Positions 50,211 to 57,209 of a stretch of 60,909 nucleotides of DNA are shown piece by piece. The stretch spans positions 1-60,909 of the forward strand of contig CAZIDX010000008.1 in assembly GCA_964538435.1 (NCBI GenBank), written 5' to 3'. Positions within the stretch are counted from its first letter, which is position 1. Each line of letters starts with the position of its first letter. The DNA comes from an uncultured Gammaproteobacteria bacterium. GTDB taxonomy: Bacteria > Patescibacteriota > Patescibacteriia > UBA9934 > GWF2-40-263. The notes below the pieces were generated by a model that saw only the letters and a program-made list of their open reading frames with translations, was not told where the DNA came from and did no database searches. The translations under genes were made by a program, and so were the position numbers.

Positions 50211-51134
50211 GTGACGCAGCAAGCCATTAGTCTTCTCTCAGAAAAACCAACCATTCGAAACGCGATCCAGACAGATGTGCCAGGAATCAACAAGTTGTTC
50301 ACTGATGAGTACGGCCAAGGGTATCCATACAAGATTCAGGTGCTCGATCCACATACGATCGATGTCGTGGCTGAACTCTTTGGTGAGATCGTGGGATTCG
50401 CGCGCGCTGTGCCCTATGGTCACTACAGCCATGTCTGGGAGCTCGGCGGACTGGTTGTTCGACCTGACTGCCGACGCATGGGGATCGCACGCGCATTCAC
50501 AATCGAGCGCATCCGTCAGTTGAGGCTTCGCGGTGTAAAGACACTCGTTTCCGAATCAGTGGCCTGCTATGAAAACTGTGCTTCCCAGCACAACCTCATC
50601 AAGTTTGGTTTTCGTCCATACGGCATCCTTCCGTTCCAGCACCCCTGGATTCGACCCGAGTACCACGGAGAGCAGCCGCTCTCGCTCGTGCTCATGGTTG
50701 GTGATCTCAATGGTGGAACCAGATTCGGTACACGTAAGGTAAACATGACTAGCTGTGACTACCGAGCTTCCTTGCGTTTTCTCCAACGGACCAAGCTACG
50801 CCCTCCTTGGAGATGGGTGCGGGAAGCAAAGATGCCAGATGTCTTGTATGCTAAGCCAAAGCAAACACATGGAATCACTGGCTCAGCCTTTGTAGACATT
50901 CCCATCAACTGGGAAGCGTCAAGGGAAGTTTCGCGCGACTTGCGCGGACAGGGGTATCGATTCAGCGCGATCTTGCCTGGCTTTGGTCATACCAGCAGGA
51001 GCGAACCCTACGACCTCCTGCGCATGTATAAACCACCCGAGGCCTGCAAGCACGAACATGCATTCGACAAAGTGCATGTATTACCCAAACTCGAGCCGCT
51101 CAAAGCCTTCTGCGCCGCTGAGCTCGTTACCTAA
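50211..51134 (+). CDS. GNAT N-acetyltransferase with a ~150-aa C-terminal extension (GC-rich islet gene)
   Basis: GTG at 50211 is preceded by GGAGGA. Motif A VRPDCRRMGIARAF, then LIKFGFRPYG. Confidence 0.65.
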   Translation: MTQQAISLLSEKPTIRNAIQTDVPGINKLFTDEYGQGYPYKIQVLDPHTIDVVAELFGEIVGFARAVPYGHYSHVWELGGLVVRPDCRRMGIARAFTIERIRQLRLRGVKTLVSESVACYENCASQHNLIKFGFRPYGILPFQHPWIRPEYHGEQPLSLVLMVGDLNGGTRFGTRKVNMTSCDYRASLRFLQRTKLRPPWRWVREAKMPDVLYAKPKQTHGITGSAFVDIPINWEASREVSRDLRGQGYRFSAILPGFGHTSRSEPYDLLRMYKPPEACKHEHAFDKVHVLPKLEPLKAFCAAELVT

Positions 51135-51170
51135 GAGGTCCACGCAAGACCTCTTTTTCTATTTCATGGG

Positions 51171-51199
51171 TTGACACAATTGCATACGCATGCTGCAAT
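51171..51199 (+). promoter_or_regulatory. Promoter upstream of wHTH-Cas2-like paralog 2
   Basis: TTGACA (51171-76), 17 nt spacer, TGCAAT (51194-99). Confidence 0.5.
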
Positions 51200-51222
51200 A
51201 AAGACACAAATAACTCTCTCCT

Positions 51223-51262
51223 CCCCGTGCGCGTCCACAAAACCGCAGGGGTTTTTGTTTTT
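51223..51262 (+). terminator. Terminator-like hairpin in the leader of paralog 2
   Basis: ccccgtgcg / cgcagggg (one bulge) followed by tttttgttttt. It lies between the promoter and the palindrome/ATG. Confidence 0.45.
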
Positions 51263-51278
51263 AAATATGTAATAAAAG

Positions 51279-51292
51279 TTCGTACCTACGAA
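51279..51292. promoter_or_regulatory. Palindrome TTCGTACCTACGAA (candidate operator), 11 nt upstream of ATG 51303
   Basis: Arms TTCGTA/TACGAA. The same 14-mer occurs at 23050-23063. An inverted near-copy lies at 51818-51831. Confidence 0.6.
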
Positions 51293-51302
51293 AAAGAATT
51301 GT

Positions 51303-51812
51303 ATGCCAAGACAAAAAGGAAAAGGTGAGAATCTCATAACCTCCACTCTAGAATTTCTTAGCAATGGTGCTTGTGAAGCAAATCACTTGTTTGATTTGTG
51401 GACAGGGGACTCCAGAACAAGGAAAAGTATGGGGTGTGAAAAAACCTATCAAAGCAAAAAAGCCAGACTCAGGTATTTAAAAGAGAAAAAACTTATCGCT
51501 GTTAAAAAGAAAGAAGATAAAGTGATTGTTGAGCTGACAAAAAAAGGTGACAGAGAAAGAAAAAAACGCAGAAAAAATAAAGCAAGCAAACTACCTGTCA
51601 ATCAGGTGTGTTTAGTCACCTATGATATTCCTACTACTGCAAATAAGGCCAGAGATGCTTTTCGGTTCTTTTTGAAAAAACTTGGTTTCAAGAAAATAAA
51701 CCAGAGTGTCTGGCAGACAGAGTTTAATGTCATCGATGAGGTTCTGGGTTTTGTAAGGAAGGCAAAGATAGGTGAGTGGGTGTGTGTCTTTGTCGCAGCA
51801 AAAACAGGGTAA
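51303..51812 (+). CDS. wHTH plus Cas2-like (ferredoxin-fold) domain protein, PaaX-like architecture; paralog 2
   Basis: 169 aa. VCLVTYDIPTTANKARDAFRFFLKKLGFKKINQSVWQT. It aligns along its full length with 6988..7515. Confidence 0.6.
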   Translation: MPRQKGKGENLITSTLEFLSNGACEANHLFDLWTGDSRTRKSMGCEKTYQSKKARLRYLKEKKLIAVKKKEDKVIVELTKKGDRERKKRRKNKASKLPVNQVCLVTYDIPTTANKARDAFRFFLKKLGFKKINQSVWQTEFNVIDEVLGFVRKAKIGEWVCVFVAAKTG

Positions 51813-51817
51813 TTCTT

Positions 51818-51831
51818 TTTCGTAGGTGCGA
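51818..51831. promoter_or_regulatory. Palindrome variant TTCGTAGGTGCGAA just 3' of paralog 2
   Basis: 51810-51831 aattctttttcgtaggtgcgaa is the reverse complement of 51279-51300 with one mismatch, so the gene is bracketed by 22-nt inverted repeats. Confidence 0.55.
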
Positions 51832-51984
51832 ACAGGAATCACGATATTCAAAACACGCACTACAGCTGGATACATATGTTGTTCAGTGGAACAAGTATTG
51901 AGAAGAGCATTCCTGTATTTTTTGTTGTGGAAAGTGCTGTGTAAAAACCGTGGATGAACAGGGGACTACTCACCCTTGAAAAAC

Positions 51985-52012
51985 TTGATTCGAAATGTCA
52001 GAATGGTATATT
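51985..52012 (+). promoter_or_regulatory. Promoter of the 52018-52298 transcript
   Basis: TTGATT (51985-90), 16 nt spacer, TATATT (52007-12). Confidence 0.5.
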
Positions 52013-52017
52013 TAATT

Positions 52018-52298
52018 ATGCCTTACGGTCGAGTGGGTGTGTTCCACCTACAACAATCTAAACCTGGCCTGGGAATGCGCGGCTTCGGCAACGCAATAAG
52101 GCCAACCCGGTTCATCCGACTGATGTGGACGACATGGTGGATTCGACAAGCTGCCATCATCGCTACAGTGCCGGATAGATGCGTGCTCGAGAGGACTGCA
52201 AACAGGAGTACTCGTCAGACCGAACATGAACCCGTAATCATTGGGCCGCCCACTTCCCCGTTAGGCGCTAAAAGCCACCCAGCATTGGGTGGTTTTTC
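52018..52298 (+). ncRNA. Candidate structured ncRNA (~280 nt, GC-rich) between its own promoter and terminator
   Basis: Hand-found helices are 52031-39/52247-55, 52065-69/52100-04, 52076-79/52092-95 with a UUCG-capped tip, 52109-15/52226-32 and 52134-40/52154-60. The terminator is ccaccca-gcat-tgggtgg+ttttt (52275-97). The only ORF runs through the terminator and the next promoter. Confidence 0.4.
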
Positions 52299-52303
52299 AT
52301 TGA

Positions 52304-52332
52304 TTGACAATTTGGGTTATTTTTCCTAATCT
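52304..52332 (+). promoter_or_regulatory. Promoter of the 52367 gene
   Basis: TTGACA (52304-09), 17 nt spacer, TAATCT (52327-32). It is similar in sequence to the promoter at 53853. Confidence 0.6.
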
Positions 52333-52366
52333 AACCCTCTGCTCTTTCCAAGACGGAGATCTGTAC

Positions 52367-53356
52367 ATGACGTACAAACATAACTGCACAGGCTGCGGCA
52401 AATGCAAGCTCGAAGTTGAGTTGCCTCAGAGGGTCAGGAAGATTCTAGGTGACAATACAGCGATCGCAGAACCGTTCTTCATCAACGATCCAACGGACAT
52501 GGGTGCGCTCAAAGACGCATTTGTGCAGAGGGTGGGCGGTGAAGGTCCGATGATTGATGCTGTTGCATATGCAAATGCCGTGATGCGTCTTTCCTTGAAT
52601 GTGAAACGTGGTGCCCTCGAAGTCATGATGACTCACTACCAAGAGATGAGTAATCGAATGGTGGAGATTTGGGGATCGCACGAAAGCAGTGTTCGAGCCC
52701 TGATGGCTGCTGAAAAAGCTGGTATCTGTTTTGCGACCTACGAAGAAACCATTGAGATGTTTCGCATGGTCGTTTCTGTGCTTGAGAAAACTCACAGCTT
52801 TGAGCCTGCTGAGGACGAAACAGAAGAGCAGCAGCTTGTGGAATTGTGGGAGGTCATTGCGTGGCGCTTCGGAAAGTGCTTCGGTGCTGATAAGTACCTT
52901 GAGCGTGAAGAACTCCCGCCTTCAATGCAAGTCCCTACATTTGCTCCTGCGTTCTGCATCTCAATGCTCATGCAGCTAGGTGCCAACTCTGCACTCGATG
53001 TCATGTTGCGCAGAGCAGGCGAGGTGAATGAAGCCGAACGCGATCAGGTGTGTGTCGAGGATTTCTGGGCAGTCGTTGCAGCTCTCTCGAGCCGGAGTGT
53101 CACACTCGAAGAGTTCAAGAAACTCATCGAAATATCTGGGGTGTGGAAGTTTGTTGCGCTAGGACCGCTCGCACAATCGCGTGTGGTAAATGCGCACGTG
53201 TTCAGGCAATTAATAAACAATCCTCAGATCATCCAGGACCGCAGTGCTAATGAGATTGTCTCGCTCCTAAACGACTGGCACCAAGTTCGTCGCCGTGTCC
53301 GTCTCAATGAGTTTGCTCAGCGTTGGGGAAGCCTCGATGCTTACACAGCCTGGTGA
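52367..53356 (+). CDS. Hypothetical 329-aa protein, homologous to the N-terminal two-thirds of 53910..55322
   Basis: ATG at 52367 lies after GGAGA and downstream of the promoter. N-terminal CTGCGKCK. Alignable blocks with the fused paralog include DFWAVVAAL.../DIWLAVRAAH... and EIVSLLNDWHQ/EIMNLTEQWHS. Confidence 0.5.
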   Translation: MTYKHNCTGCGKCKLEVELPQRVRKILGDNTAIAEPFFINDPTDMGALKDAFVQRVGGEGPMIDAVAYANAVMRLSLNVKRGALEVMMTHYQEMSNRMVEIWGSHESSVRALMAAEKAGICFATYEETIEMFRMVVSVLEKTHSFEPAEDETEEQQLVELWEVIAWRFGKCFGADKYLEREELPPSMQVPTFAPAFCISMLMQLGANSALDVMLRRAGEVNEAERDQVCVEDFWAVVAALSSRSVTLEEFKKLIEISGVWKFVALGPLAQSRVVNAHVFRQLINNPQIIQDRSANEIVSLLNDWHQVRRRVRLNEFAQRWGSLDAYTAW

Positions 53357-53362
53357 GCGTTC

Positions 53363-53827
53363 ATGCGAGCAAGCAAGAAACCCAAGAAGCCTCCTCTCAC
53401 CCCGAGCGTCGTCCAAGCACCCGTGTCATCCAAGCCTGCACCAGAACCCGAACTCGAGGAAACCAAGCTTGCCCCCGATGGAATCGACTGGGACTGGGTC
53501 ATGGCCGAGCTCATGGTTGAGGATCAAGTTCCTGATCTGGACCCACGACTCGTGCGCATCACGATTGTGCACGGCCTGCTCCGCCAGGGTGATCGCATGT
53601 CCTCCATGGACCGACTACCCACACGGAGCCGTAGGCGATTCTGGAAAGAGTGTCGAGGCGCTGGAGTCAATCGCTCAAAGCTCGAAGCCGTTCGCGACCA
53701 GCTCAAGACACGTGGACTCATCAAGCTCAAGGCAGGAAAGTACTCCCTCGCCAGTCAGCTGAGTGTTGCCGACGAACTCCACATCCTTCACGACCGCATC
53801 CGAGAACTCTCGGAGCGCTACGTATAG
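53363..53827 (+). CDS. Hypothetical 154-aa protein (Pro/Lys-rich linker plus winged-helix-like domain), homologous to the C-terminal third of 53910..55322
   Basis: It is in the same frame as 52367..53356, separated only by TGA plus 2 codons. GIDWDWVMAE...LDPRLVRITIVHGLLRQGDRM...FWKECRG...GLIKLKAGKYSLA matches GLDWDWVMAE...LDPCIVRVIIVHGMLRSGDRV...LWKECEG...GLIERKKGKYSLA. Confidence 0.5.
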   Translation: MRASKKPKKPPLTPSVVQAPVSSKPAPEPELEETKLAPDGIDWDWVMAELMVEDQVPDLDPRLVRITIVHGLLRQGDRMSSMDRLPTRSRRRFWKECRGAGVNRSKLEAVRDQLKTRGLIKLKAGKYSLASQLSVADELHILHDRIRELSERYV

Positions 53828-53828
53828 A

Positions 53829-53849
53829 CCCACCAAATGGTGGGTTTTT
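53829..53849 (+). terminator. Intrinsic terminator after 53363..53827
   Basis: cccacc-aaat-ggtggg followed by ttttt. Confidence 0.65.
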
Positions 53850-53852
53850 CTG

Positions 53853-53881
53853 TTGACAAATGGGGGATTTTTGACTAATGT
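53853..53881 (+). promoter_or_regulatory. Promoter of the 53910 gene
   Basis: TTGACA (53853-58), 17 nt spacer, TAATGT (53876-81). Confidence 0.6.
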
Positions 53882-53909
53882 GATTTCTGCTCTTTTAATT
53901 GGGAGGAAC

Positions 53910-55322
53910 ATGCGAGTCATCATGAAGCTCGTGAATCAAATAGAGGTTACGTACCCAATCGTTCCCAACTCCAACCACCTGCGAGACCAGGAATTCATCA
54001 AGGAAGCACTCATCCAAGTCTGTTGTGAAAGCGAGCCCCCAGTTTGGGTCGAAATGTGGTTCCCGATCGCTATGGTCCGCCACTATCTGGAGCAAAACCC
54101 CATCAGGGTCAAGCAGGCCAACGATATCTTGTCCAAGATCATTCTGGATCACACAAAGATCTGGGGTGGAGCCTCACACGAAGCTCTTGGTGCGCTTGCG
54201 ATTGCAGAGGCCGTAGGGCTTCAGTTCGATTCCCATCGCGAGACCATGCAAGCGTTCACGCGCATACTCAAGGTCATCAACCGGAATAAAAAGTGGGACC
54301 ACTCAACGATCGCACTTTGGAAACGTGCAATCAGTGCAATGACTTCACGGGCCACGCCCGGCGGACAAGACTTCACTGAGTTGTATGACCGGCTAGAGGT
54401 TCCACCCTGGCTTCCTGGCTATTGCCTGGATCTGCTCTGTCAACTCGATGTAGACGACCCAACAGGCGTGAAGCACGTCTCATTCGATGATGGCACCACA
54501 GTTGTCAAAATGGACATTGGAGCTCCAGACATCTGGCTTGCTGTAAGGGCGGCACATGAACTCACACTCGGTGAAGTGCAGATCAGACGCTTCATCAAGG
54601 AGCATGGGCTTGTTAGGTTCATCTGGCTTGGTATGTGTTATAGCGAGAAGCTGATCAATCGATCGGCGTTCCTTCGCATGACCGCAAAACCAAGCCTCAT
54701 CAAAAACCTCTCCATGATCGAGATTATGAATTTAACAGAGCAGTGGCACAGTGCTGGGTGTCCTGATCTCGACAAGTTCATCAAGGTCGGGGGGACAGTC
54801 GAAAGCTTCGAGAGGCATCAGCAAGCTGAGCAAGAGCGACAGGCAGAGATACAAAGGCAGAAGCGTCGCAAACCTCAGCCCAAGCCCGAGCCAAGGGCGG
54901 CAGCGCCAGTCTACGTTGCTCCCAAACCCGAGCCTAAGCCAGAACCTGCCGCACTTGTTCCCGAAGGACTTGATTGGGACTGGGTCATGGCTGAGTTCAC
55001 TGGAGTCGAGGAGGTTTTCCCAAATCTGGATCCATGCATTGTGCGCGTGATCATCGTGCACGGAATGCTCAGGTCTGGAGACCGAGTCATGCCCATGGGA
55101 AGGCTTCCATCCAAGAAACTTCCAAAGCTCTGGAAAGAGTGCGAGGGTCCGCTGTGCTCGGACAAAGGGCAGTTCACAGGCGCACTCGAGCATCTCCGCA
55201 GAAGCGGCCTGATCGAACGCAAGAAAGGGAAGTACTCCCTGGCGCGAGCTCATCCACGCAACAAAGAGATGCATCCCATCCTCGAGCAGATCGAAGCGGT
55301 CTGCCAGAGGTACGCATCCTGA
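53910..55322 (+). CDS. Hypothetical 470-aa protein, the fused paralog of the 52367 and 53363 pair
   Basis: ATG at 53910 is preceded by GGGAGGA. It is colinear with the two upstream ORFs, including a Pro/Lys/Glu-rich linker (KPQPKPEPRAAAPVYVAPKPEPKPEP). Confidence 0.55.
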   Translation: MRVIMKLVNQIEVTYPIVPNSNHLRDQEFIKEALIQVCCESEPPVWVEMWFPIAMVRHYLEQNPIRVKQANDILSKIILDHTKIWGGASHEALGALAIAEAVGLQFDSHRETMQAFTRILKVINRNKKWDHSTIALWKRAISAMTSRATPGGQDFTELYDRLEVPPWLPGYCLDLLCQLDVDDPTGVKHVSFDDGTTVVKMDIGAPDIWLAVRAAHELTLGEVQIRRFIKEHGLVRFIWLGMCYSEKLINRSAFLRMTAKPSLIKNLSMIEIMNLTEQWHSAGCPDLDKFIKVGGTVESFERHQQAEQERQAEIQRQKRRKPQPKPEPRAAAPVYVAPKPEPKPEPAALVPEGLDWDWVMAEFTGVEEVFPNLDPCIVRVIIVHGMLRSGDRVMPMGRLPSKKLPKLWKECEGPLCSDKGQFTGALEHLRRSGLIERKKGKYSLARAHPRNKEMHPILEQIEAVCQRYAS

Positions 55323-55387
55323 GGGGTCTTCGGACCTCCATGCTCCGACCGTAGCGTCGGAGTTTTCTTAAACAAACAGCACTTTAC

Positions 55388-55416
55388 TTGACTAAAGTAC
55401 AGGTGCATGATAGCCT
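55388..55416 (+). promoter_or_regulatory. Promoter of the yerC-like gene; geometry implies a leaderless mRNA
   Basis: TTGACT (55388-93), 17 nt spacer, TAGCCT (55411-16). ATG 55423 lies 7 nt after the -10 box and has no SD. Confidence 0.5.
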
Positions 55417-55422
55417 AGTGGC

Positions 55423-55713
55423 ATGCGAGTAGAAACACCAGACAAAGAAAAGTTATTTGAGGCAATGTTAAGCCTCGAATCACTCGAAGAGTCAAAAGCT
55501 TTTTTCCGAGATCTTCTAACTGAAAACGAGATCGAGGAGTTTGCATTGCGCTTCAAAGCCGCCTGCATGCTCTCAGACGAGATACCATACACCACCATCC
55601 AGAACGAGACAGGCCTCAGCTCAACAACCGTGGCTCGCATTTCAAAATGGCTTAATTCAGGTATGAACGGATACAAACTCATCATCGACCGAGTGCATCA
55701 TCACGACTCCTAA
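55423..55713 (+). CDS. TrpR-like YerC/YecD family DNA-binding protein
   Basis: LFEAMLSL...FFRDLLTENEIEEFALRFKAA..L......Y..I...TGLSSTTVARISKWL is typical of YerC/YecD. Confidence 0.7.
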   Translation: MRVETPDKEKLFEAMLSLESLEESKAFFRDLLTENEIEEFALRFKAACMLSDEIPYTTIQNETGLSSTTVARISKWLNSGMNGYKLIIDRVHHHDS

Positions 55714-55784
55714 CGAGGCGTTGATTTGAATTGTCTTCAACAACGTCTCCACGGAGCCGTTTTTTGTTTACCTAACTTACTTTT

Positions 55785-56495
55785 ATGAACCAAACGCTAT
55801 TCATTGCAGCCACGCACGGCGACGAACCAATCGGTGTGCGTGCACTCGAAGCTCTTGAGAAAAAACAAGAGGACTTTGACTGGATCATCGGCAACCCGCG
55901 CGCGCTCAAGCAAGAACAACGCTTCACAGAAGCCGATCTCAACCGCAGCGCCCCAGGCCTGTTTACAGGCGCCACCTACGAATCCCGCCGCGCAGCCGAG
56001 CTGCTCTCGCTCACAAAAAAGTACGACGCTGTGATTGATCTGCACGGCACAACGCAAGACTGCGGGATCTTTGTGATCGTCACAAACCCGACTGACGAGA
56101 ATCTCAGGCTCGCATCAATGCTCGACATAGAGCGCATCGTCATCTGGCCAGCCATCACCCCAGACCTATCTGGCCCACTATCAGAGTTCTTCCCAGTTGG
56201 TCTTGAGATCGAGTGTGGGCGTAAAGATGCTCCAGAAACACAAAAACAACTCGAGAAAATCCTGACAAGCTTTCTAGAAAACAAAGAAGCACTCGAAAAA
56301 CAAGATTGGAAAAAAGCACTCAGGTACAAGCGGGTCTACGAGGTCTACGGAGAGCTTCGCAAAGACCCAGGCTTCAAGCTCAAAGAGTTTCAAGAAGTTC
56401 TGCTTGATGGAGAAACCTTCACCCCGCTTCTCATCTCTGTCTACAACAACATGTACGGAGTTGTTTGCTACAAACTCAAAAAGATAAAAGTATAA
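55785..56495 (+). CDS. AstE/AspA-family (succinylglutamate desuccinylase/aspartoacylase-like) deacylase, short paralog
   Basis: FIAATHGDEPIG and VIDLHGTT zinc-site motifs. It is distantly paralogous to 23268..24149. Confidence 0.6.
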   Translation: MNQTLFIAATHGDEPIGVRALEALEKKQEDFDWIIGNPRALKQEQRFTEADLNRSAPGLFTGATYESRRAAELLSLTKKYDAVIDLHGTTQDCGIFVIVTNPTDENLRLASMLDIERIVIWPAITPDLSGPLSEFFPVGLEIECGRKDAPETQKQLEKILTSFLENKEALEKQDWKKALRYKRVYEVYGELRKDPGFKLKEFQEVLLDGETFTPLLISVYNNMYGVVCYKLKKIKV

Positions 56496-56498
56496 ATT

Positions 56499-56552
56499 GG
56501 TAGCCGCAGGCTTTAGCCTGTGTTCGGACGCAAGCTGAAGCTTGCGGCTACC
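56499..56552 (+). other. Structured intergenic element (10-bp closing helix with internal hairpins)
   Basis: ggtagccgca (56499-508) pairs with tgcggctacc (56543-52). Inner hairpins are ggc-ttta-gcc and gcaagc-tgaa-gcttgc, and the latter competes with the closing helix. No U-tract follows. Confidence 0.35.
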
Positions 56553-56580
56553 GCATGCAAACCAAGGTCTGGAGGACACC

Positions 56581-57174
56581 ATGACCATCGCCCTGTTCGA
56601 TCCCGCGCGCGACATGTCTCGCATCATCGATCTCTACCAGAGCTGCTTTGCAGAGCCGCCCTGGCATGAGCGCTTTGACCCTTCAGAGCTCGAGGCCAAC
56701 TTCGAAGAAATGCTCTGCTGGCCCGATACACGCTTCCTGGTCTTCATCCAGGACAAAAGAGCAGTCGCGGCCACGATCGGCTTTCACGTCTCAAGAAAAC
56801 CTGACGTGCTCAAGCTCCTCGATTCCATTGACCAGAGCAGCTTCTACGCAGCCGAGCTTTTCGTGGACCCAAACAAACGCAAGCGCGGCGTGTGTACCAA
56901 GCTTCTGGAGTCGCTGCTCTCTCTGGGGGTAGAGCAAGGATTCACTCGCGTAAGCGCACGCACAAGCACAGCGCAATCCATCATCCAGCACTTGTTCCTG
57001 GAGCGCCTCGGTTGCAAAGTGGTAAGCAGACAGGATGTGGTCTCAACCAAGTGGCTTGATGGCAAAGAGTTGCTGGTGCCTGACCAGCGCATCATTATGA
57101 CGGGTTCCATCCCAAACGAGATTGCCGCTCTGGCAACTTCCACACGACCCCTTCTTGGCCACTGCGGCTTCTAA
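56581..57174 (+). CDS. GNAT N-acetyltransferase (GC-rich islet gene)
   Basis: ATG at 56581 is preceded by [18 protein letters not shown], motif A-like [18 protein letters not shown], and [10 protein letters not shown]. Confidence 0.7.
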   Translation: MTIALFDPARDMSRIIDLYQSCFAEPPWHERFDPSELEANFEEMLCWPDTRFLVFIQDKRAVAATIGFHVSRKPDVLKLLDSIDQSSFYAAELFVDPNKRKRGVCTKLLESLLSLGVEQGFTRVSARTSTAQSIIQHLFLERLGCKVVSRQDVVSTKWLDGKELLVPDQRIIMTGSIPNEIAALATSTRPLLGHCGF

Positions 57175-57209
57175 GAAGGGGATTTCTATTTGTGCTATTA
57201 TCTATCCAT

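Noticed and set aside
52018-52298. Identification of the structured RNA as tmRNA, RNase P RNA, SRP RNA or 6S RNA.
   Set aside because: I could not find the diagnostic elements. There is no GGAAAGUCC/ACAGAA P4 strands, no tRNA-like acceptor/T-arm with a tag ORF ending in ...AA-stop, and no GGAA tetraloop with the AGCA motif. The fold is branched rather than rod-like. It needs an Infernal scan.
51976-52329. 117-aa ORF covering the candidate ncRNA.
   Set aside because: It has no SD. It would be read through a terminator hairpin and the next gene's -35/-10 boxes. Its third-position GC is not elevated. A leaderless start at 52018 cannot be fully excluded, so protein coding is a low-probability alternative rather than disproved.
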